From positions 18,392,992 through 18,456,991 of the forward strand of contig CM119267.1 of assembly GCA_051294375.1 (NCBI GenBank): DNA of 64,000 nt, in the 5' to 3' direction. Shown here in pieces: positions 54,158-64,000 of the stretch (its first letter is position 1; each line of letters begins with the position of its first letter). The translations under genes and the position numbers were made by a program. The DNA is from Paraspadella gotoi (lineage: Eukaryota > Animalia > Chaetognatha). Under the pieces are notes generated by a model. It did no database searches, was not told the DNA's origin, and saw nothing but the letters and a program-made list of their open reading frames with translations.

Positions 54158-55104
54158 CTAAAATTCGTCATGTTTCGGTTTGTTGGATTTGGTTTCCGTC
54201 GGCTTCACGAAAACGCCCTCGGCCGCCATCCATAGGGTGTTGTAGCCCGTCGAGCCGTCGCCCTTAACCTCGAGCTGCCCGTGGATCGGACGACCGTACA
54301 TATGACCGCTTACAGTCAAATGAACTTCCGTCTGTAGAGGATAAAAAAAAATAACAGCCGGAGATCGAAGGAGCGAATCGAATTGATATGAAAAAGAAAA
54401 TAATGACCTGCACGTGCTTGAACCGAACTTCCCCATCTCTTTTCCAGCTTCCAGTTGAGCAGATCACATTCCAATCGTCGCCGTGATCCCCGAAACCGTC
54501 GTCCCCATACGCGCTCACTTCTTGCCCGTTCGACAAGTGCGACGAATACATGTGGGTGTGCAAGTTACGACGCGTGTTTATATGCATCAAACGAATCTGT
54601 CAAAAATTAATTTTTACATTTTACTTACTGAAAACGCCAAGTAATCTGTTCGGTAAATAGTTCTTACCGTAGACCCGCACTTTACAGGTTCTCCCCTCGT
54701 GCAGATACTTCCATGCTTGCCCTTGAGTTGCCAATAGCTGTCGAAATTTGGCAGAAAAATTTTTCAAAAGAAAAAAAAAAAATTTGAAAAATGGGTCGTC
54801 AAAGTCCAAGGCACCTGTTGTGATCGTCGACGTTTTCAACGCCCGTCACGGATTGCTGCCCGCTTCCGCTACCGTATTTGACGTCGTGAGAATGAAGCCT
54901 TACGTTGAACTTGACGTTCTGAAGTTTAAGCACTGAGCCGCACGTTACATTGTCGAGCTCCAGGGAAGAAACATCACCAAACAATATGAGGAGGCAAGCG
55001 CAAAACGTCACCAATGACAGAGTGTGACGAGAAGCGCCGGAAAAAAGAAGACGTAAGAGCATTTTCGTTGTGGAGGGAAACGTGTGAAAGATCGATGGAG
55101 ACAT
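54158..55104 (-). CDS. SDF2: Stromal cell-derived factor 2 (MIR domains)
   Basis: Signal peptide; VTCGSVLKL..RLHSHDVKYGSGSGQQSVTGV; NLHTH..SSHLSNGQEVSAYG; ends with ER-retention-like HDEF*. Confidence 0.95.
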
Positions 55105-55460
55105 CTTTTTCGTGTGTTTCTCACTTTTAGGCTATTTTCCTTTCAACTGAAATTTACATCAAAATATATAAAAGCAATATAAACATCCGGCGGGAGCTTG
55201 ATTGAAATGATAAATGACTAATGGGCGAGTGTCACGATGGGATTTTCATCTTTATTTTATGTCGCCGAGACTAAAATTTAACAAATGTGAAGTTAACATA
55301 GTATACATAGGTAAAATAGTTTAAAGTATACTGTTAGAATACATTGTAAACATGTTTACAATTCTTCCACGTGAAAATAACTAAACACGCAAAAATAAAC
55401 CAAAAAAAAAAAAAACTTAACCAGAAGGCACATGAATAAAATTGAGGGCTTTTATTCTAA

Positions 55461-58400
55461 TCATTTTGTCTTTTGAGAGGCGGTCCCGATGTTAGTATTG
55501 TTGGCCTTGGCGGCAAACCGCAATGAGTTGACCGTCTCGTTGGCGTGATCAAGACGAGGGGAAATATTGACGAACATCAGCGTCTTCGAACTTCCAACAA
55601 AGTTGTTTTGAAGAAGATAAGTCAGTTTAGATTCCCTGTGAGAAGAGAATGAAAAATTGATGAGAATATATCATTAATTGTTATAGTACCTCAATTTGAT
55701 AGTCGTCCCACCTAAACGGAATGTGCTTCGAGTTTTTCTTAATAGCTTCAATAACGTCGCCCAAAACCTTCAGACTCGTATTGATTTTAAAAGCTTCTTT
55801 GGCTTGCATCCCTGTGATGGTTCGAGGAAAAACAATGACACTTAACGATGAATAGAGAATAAAACGATCGATGGGGTTACCTGTCGATCCGGATTCTTTG
55901 ATCCGTTCTGATCCTGCGAGGTCTACGAGATCAATAGATCCAAGGAGGGTTTCTTTTGTGCGTTGGTTCTAACAAAACAAATTTAAAGGAATACAATCAT
56001 CGATTCATCGCTCTTACTATTTCTCTTCTCTTTACATGTGAATTCTTTTCTGAAACACTCACATGCGACTCGATCTTGATATTGCATATAAAATGTGAGC
56101 GAGAGCTTCGCTCGTTGCATTGGGTAGCCGCGCGTTTCCGGTTATGATGCGCCTTGGCCATCAGTTGGCTGATGTCAGAGGGTGAATGGACGCTTTTGAC
56201 GGTTAAATTAGTGACGTGAACCTGGAGAGTTAAGAAAGTCGAAAAAAAATGCACAATATGATTGAATTAACTAAGTCAGTTATAATCTCTAATGACCTCT
56301 TTGGAGCCCTCCTTAACCAGCTTGATCTCGTGTTTCGGGGCCGCATCGGGTTTGCCGTTGTAGAGCAAATCGTTGACCTGTTCGTTGTAAATTTCTAGCA
56401 TCGAAGCTTGGAAAATGAAGGACCATCTTTACAAAAAGAATTTGATAAGGTCATTAAAAACTTCTCCGTTCAACATTGATGAGAAAGAGACACGAACTCA
56501 CCCTTTAACTTCCATCTTTTCGGCAGTATCAAATATCTGCCGAACCGAGCGAGGTATCATGCCCATCGATTCGTCGTCGAAATCATCTGGTCCCTCCATG
56601 GTGAAGGTCTTGCCGGACCCGGTCTGGCCGTACGCGAAAACACAGATGCTGAAAATACCAAGTTTCGTTTAAATCATTCACAATTTCATGGCAGATTTGA
56701 AAATATTTGGCATAATTCGAAACCTATAGCCGTCGAGGGCGGATTGTACTAATTGAGATAGTTCTTCGAAGACCTTCTCCTGAGAGGCTTTATCATTAAA
56801 GACCATGTCGAACTTAAAAGTCACGGGTGGAGTTTTGGTGTTGGAGTCGTTGACTAAAATCTTTAAAGCGAACATGAATAAAAATTAATGATTCACTTCA
56901 TCTCGTACGTTCGGTCAATTCGCGATTCTTGTCTGAAAATTCGTATGAACTGTTCAACTACACAAAACATTACCTTACAGTCGTCCTCATCATCGAAGGA
57001 AATATGGCTAGAGTCTTCGTGGCCGTCTTTAAGCTCTTTAGGAAGAAAGGGGCGCATTCGACAGAACACTCGAATGTTGCCCTTCAATTCCTATTGGTAG
57101 AAAACATTTGAATTGGAATCAAGGACAGTCTTGTAATCTTACTAATGTCAAAAACCTGAATGGTGTTGTGCAACTTGCGGCGTTCCAACTCATACCAATC
57201 GCCCTTCTTGATGAGACGTTCGATTTCGGCCTCGCATTCGACCAACCTCCGATCACGATCTTTTATGTCACCGCGGAGGCGCTGATTTTCACCGGCGTTG
57301 TTGCCACAATCGAGCTTTAGACTCTCGATCTATTCAGGAAACAAAATACTAACAAACCATTTACGGGGAAATTTTCAAGTAAGTTATACAGTATGTACCA
57401 ACCTCAGAATCCAATTTGCGAATTTGAGATTTTTGACGTTCCACCGTTGTTTCCAAAGTATCCAAATCATCATTTAAATTATTGACTTTGTTTTTTAACT
57501 TTTTGCATTCTCTTTCTTTGTCGTCCAATTCTTCTTGCTTCGCATTCAACTGGTTCTGGAAAATAAAGACAAAAAATAATTTTTCCCAGGGAGGAAAAAG
57601 TTAAAAGAAGCTCAAATTGTTTCTGACCTTGAACTTTTCCTTCTGTTTTTCCGATTCCAATTGATTGTCCCTCTGATCTCGGCGAGAATTCATTAGAGCC
57701 CGCTGGGATTCTTCTAATGATTCGCTTTGTGCGGACAGCTTTTCTGATAGTTGTTCTTTCTGGATAAGACAATTATCAAATTATTAAAAATCAACAAGTT
57801 ATGGTGGACAAAAATCCACCAACCGTTCATCAGCGGCCATTGGTGCAGAAGGCAAGTCATTCGCCTCCCAACCTAAAGGTCCGGGGTTCTAGCCCGTTGG
57901 TCGCCTAGCAGTTAAGAGGGACGGGGCGCTTAACCCGCCTGTAACACAGTGTTACAGCCTGAAACGAAGCTCAGGGACTGCTTATATTGAACGGTTTTGT
58001 CACTAACTCATAATAATTATTACTGTCTCTTCAACGTGTAAAGAGAAGAAATTCTCAAAAAAAAATTTAATTCAACTCCTGAATTTTTTTTAGATGACTT
58101 TGTAGAACTAAATACGCACTTGTTCTCTAAAACATCGAAGATCATTGTCCTTTTCACCAAGTTGTGTTTTAAGTGATTCAATAGCATCTAAAAGTTTTTG
58201 TTCGGAAGCTAAAAAAAAGTAAAACACTTTTAATGTTAAATTCAACCTTAATGCCGCGATTTCGCTCAAAAGTCGCAAAAATCATAAGAAAAAAATACCA
58301 GGAATAGAACGTTTGTTGTTGAGTGCTGATCTAGAGGTCGCCAAAGTTCCCCGTGCTGGGGGACGGGACTGAACATCTGAAGTAGATTTTTCCCATTGTA

Positions 58401-59985
58401 AGCACAAATAAAAATCACAAAAATATTAAACTTATATATAAAAATTACTGGTTTTAGAGGTGGCTTGCAGATTTGATGCATTGGGAAGTCGGAAAGAAAA
58501 AGACGACGACGTCGGCAATGTAGAGCACCCTCCGGAATTACGTTTTGTATCTGACAAAGCAAGGGAACGGCATCATTCGTTGATATGTAAAAGTAATATT
58601 CGCGCGCGGAGATGCATCAGCCTATATATTCGCCAATAATATTTATTGATATTGATAGGGAAGCCAGGTACTCTGGGAGTGAATAAACGAGACTGTGAGA
58701 GAGTCTTGATTGAAAGCTTGCAGGGACCTGCTATGTCATTATCTTGTAAGAGTGGAGGCCTTAAACCACCAAAGCCTGTCCAAAGTCAGGGGCAAGATAG
58801 CTTATTTATTAAATGAATGGATAATATTTATATTGGTTGTGCCAATTTCATAGCAGTAAGTTGGGGGGAAAAAAACCCAAAAAAACCAACACGCTAATAT
58901 CTAAAAAGGATTAATTCAAGAGTCGCTAATATACTTTCTTTTAAATTATGGAGCCTTTAATCTCATGTGCAAAAACAAGTTTGAGAAAACAACGTCGGAT
59001 CTGCGTACGGTAATTTAGCGGTAATCAGTTTATCAGATAAGTCACGATAATTTTTTTTCAATTTGTGATCTTAACAGATAATAACAGATCATAACATAAT
59101 AACTCACAACAAACTTCTCTTCTCTCGTTAAAACTTGACAAAAAAAAAAAAAAAAAAAAAATGTATATAAATTTTCAGCTTCATACACCCAAATTTAATC
59201 ATGAAAAAGGCGATCTATAATTTGGAACGCCGACGACAACGACAACGACACGCCTTTTATGTGCAAAACCACAGCAAAATCGTCGCAAACGCAAAGCGAT
59301 TGCGACGATAAAAAAATAAAAAGTACCCGCGATAGGAGCGTTTCCCGGCAACTTGCGAGCGGCAACTGCTGACGGCACACCGCGTTGATTACGAATCGGA
59401 GGTCGGGCTAAACCAGTTCGGCCAGGAGCAGCCCCTTTGGGAGCTGCCGCTTTTGGTGGTGCATTTTTCAACCTATATTGTTTGGAAGAAAAATCAGTTG
59501 CAATAAACAAAGAAAGTTGTTAAGTAGTATTTACGAAATCATCCAAACCTTTTAGAATCGCAAACTTCGCCAACAGAGGCTTCATTAAACTCGCTGCTGC
59601 TCTTACGCTTTGACGAATCACGATTCTCGCCGTCTTCAGCGATCGTCGTTAAAACCGTTTCCATTGGAGGTTCCGTGGTTTTGGCCTGCGAAAAATTAAA
59701 GCGGGTTAATATTGCGCAATCAATTACAAAGACAACCGAATAAATAGATGCACCTGTCTTAGATGATGCGGCGTAAAAATGGGTTTCGGCAGGCGGCTGA
59801 TTCCCGATGGAGTAGGACGAGCTGCTAAAAGCAAAATAACATAGGTTATTTCACGGATACTTTATTACACAGATATTTTAGAATCGACAAGTCTTACCGT
59901 TAACTGTAATATTTTCGGCCGGTGAAGGATCAAAAGGTAACACCTTGGCCGTCGGCGTCAGTGGCTCAGTTTGGTCCTTGTCCAT
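55461..59985 (-). CDS. KIFC1: Kinesin-14, C-terminal motor (KIFC1/Ncd/CTK2-like)
   Basis: [23 protein letters not shown]; LVQSALDGY; [17 protein letters not shown]; NERSSRSH; LVDLAGSER; HIPFR; [23 protein letters not shown]-terminal tail exons approximate. Confidence 0.9.
57833..57905 (+). mobile_element. tRNA-derived (Gly-CCC-like) head of a SINE-like element
   Basis: Acceptor stem GCGGCCA/TGGTCGC; A-box-like TGGTGCAGAAGG; B-box-like GGTTCTAGCCC; ATTCGCCTCCCA resembles tRNA-Gly; the anticodon stem does not pair. Confidence 0.7.
57907..57982 (+). ncRNA. Twister-like ribozyme, type P5, mini-P1, L4 partly degenerate
   Basis: AGCAGUU-AAGAGG-GA-CGG-GGCGCU-UAA-CCC-GCC-UGUAAC..GUUACA-G-CCUGA-A-ACG-AA-GC-UCAGG-GACUGCU. 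T1 has 2 of 3 pairs and the first L4 U is A. Confidence 0.65.
58655..58853 (+). mobile_element. ~200-bp interspersed structured repeat, copy B; twister fold at 58739-58800 with a 3-nt core deletion
   Basis: Reverse complement of 34710-34909; AAGAGTGGAGGCC versus AAGAGTGATGGAGGCC in copy A. Confidence 0.85.
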
Positions 59986-60437
59986 TTTCTTCAGTAAATT
60001 TAACTCAAAGAAAAAAAATTGTTAAGACGATAGAAAAGAATAAAGGGTCGAATTCGTAAATGATACAGATCAAAATTAGGACAACAACGAAAAAATTAAA
60101 GCTGACGCTCTTTTTTACAAATATCGGGAATGGACAACGTTGACAAAAAATTATGCTTCGAAACAAGTTTTGGTCGCATAGCTTTCTTAAAAAAAAAACA
60201 ACAAAAAAAAACACTTAATAATTTTCATGAAGTGATTTTCTCAGAAAAATAATTTCATTTTATATGTGTTAAATAAGGGAAACTTGAAAAAAAAAATGCA
60301 GATAATAAAAAGCAATTAAAAATTCACAATTCTGGACTAGAATGTGTCAAAGCGCGAATATATACTACAAAAAATTCAGTGAGTCTACTTTTTTGGGGGG
60401 CAGCATGTTCAAGCACGTTTTAAATCTCCTACATACA

Positions 60438-61290
<853 letters not shown>

Positions 61291-62688
61291 GTTTGATGTT
61301 TTTAGTGTGATTTAATAATTTATTCTGGAATCATTTGAAAAAAAAAACGAAATTGACCACGAAAAGTACGGAAGAAATAAATAACTAATCTGTTACAACG
61401 AAATCTAGTAAAATCCGAATCATAAAATAAAAGGAATATTGACATTACTGAACATAATGAAAAAACATTTCATTTGGTGGCAATGAGTGATTTTTTCACT
61501 AGACCATCTCGAATGTATACGAAATTGAAAAACACTAGCTATAATCGTACCAACAAATTATTAAACAACACAAATAAAAACAGTGTACAGTAATGATATG
61601 AAGGATTTTACGAAAATCTCATATTAATCTGTAAAAAAGTATTCGAGAATCAAGACACTATGGAGTATAAAAAGTCGTAAAGCAAAAAAACTAATCAGAT
61701 ATGGCTTCCTAAGCTAATCAAAGGAGTAAGTTATCTTAAAAAGGTAACCTCGTTTAAAAACTAGCAATTCGACGCTAAAAGTAAAACAGAAAATCCGATG
61801 TGATAAGAATCCAGATTTTTGCTTTTTATTTTTTTCCCACTGTAAAAGGCCAGGAAAAGTATAGAGACGTGATCCTCATTATATTTTTCAGCTTTATGTA
61901 GATGCTTCTCGATGATTACATAGGGAGAATGGTGACTGGTGAGGTTTTTATATTAGTAAATGCCATGAAAAAATTTCAAGGTGATTAAGAAAGAGCTATC
62001 TCAAACTTTTCCTGGAATTCACAGCGGAATATTCAAAGCATGCTTTTTGTCATGCTAAATGATTCTATGTAGCCGAAAACCTTACAAATGCCAAGGAAAA
62101 TATGGCAAGATTAATTTTGTTTCATAAAATTTTTTGGCACAAAACTCACTGCGTACAAAACAGTTTTATTTAAACTAAGTTACTACTGGACAGATTATAA
62201 ACCGGCCACGTCCTAGGACTTTTGCAGTTATGAAAGACTGTTGATGGACGGTGAGTCATAATTAGAGTATGATCGGTTTGCTTTTTTTGGTATTATATGA
62301 TGCGTGGCACTGTTTGAGGTTACCAGGCCATTGTTAATGGCATTATCATTATCAATACGACACTTAAAGCATATGACTAATTAGCATAGTTACGTCAAAA
62401 CGCTTGTCAAGTGCACGCAGGTTGGCTTAATAATTAAAATGAATTGTTTAAGTAGAAAATTATCTACTACTTGCAAATATTTTTAAAAATTCATCTACCG
62501 TAATAGGAGGTAATAAATAAAATCAACAAATAAAGTCATATACAGCAAAGCTAATTTGAGATCAAAGCAGTGATAGGTGTAAAAATAAAAGTACCGAGTG
62601 GTTTGGTGAATGGGCTATTATAAAATAAAGAAAAATTCTCTTAGACATTTAGTATCCATTGGCCATACAAGCAATCCTACAGCTGGTA

Positions 62689-64000
<1,312 letters not shown>

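Noticed and set aside
57833-57905. Functional tRNA-Gly gene
   Set aside because: The anticodon stem cannot pair and there is no T-run terminator directly after it; treated as a SINE-like head.

Overview
Window of a compact, intron-rich animal genome with GC-richer exons and short AT-rich introns; I cannot name the species. It holds 17 recognisable protein-coding genes. All are on the minus strand, head-to-tail, mostly 0.1-0.6 kb apart. In transcription order: cyclophilin, ARF1, kinesin-14 (KIFC1/Ncd), SDF2, NUBP1, Citron kinase, TPX2, Spindly, an Ig-like membrane protein, SMC2, HINFP, an SLCO/OATP transporter, a GLIPR2-like CAP protein, BRMS1, MELK, a RING/B-box/multi-Tudor protein (RNF17/Qin-like) and TADA2B. 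The layout suggests a trans-spliced operon-like block strongly enriched in mitotic genes. Non-coding content includes a frameshifted CsRn1-like Ty3/Gypsy element in the Tudor gene, a 22-bp minisatellite beside an assembly gap, and two SNORD97-like box C/D RNAs with a tRNA-Met C34 guide in Spindly introns. The most striking signal is five copies of a circularly permuted (type-P5) twister-ribozyme fold in short intronic elements, two of them directly behind tRNA-derived heads. Four share a variant architecture (6-nt mini-P1, bulged P2), and base-pair covariation is visible between copies. Gene coordinates are start-to-stop spans including introns, and exon boundaries were read by eye.
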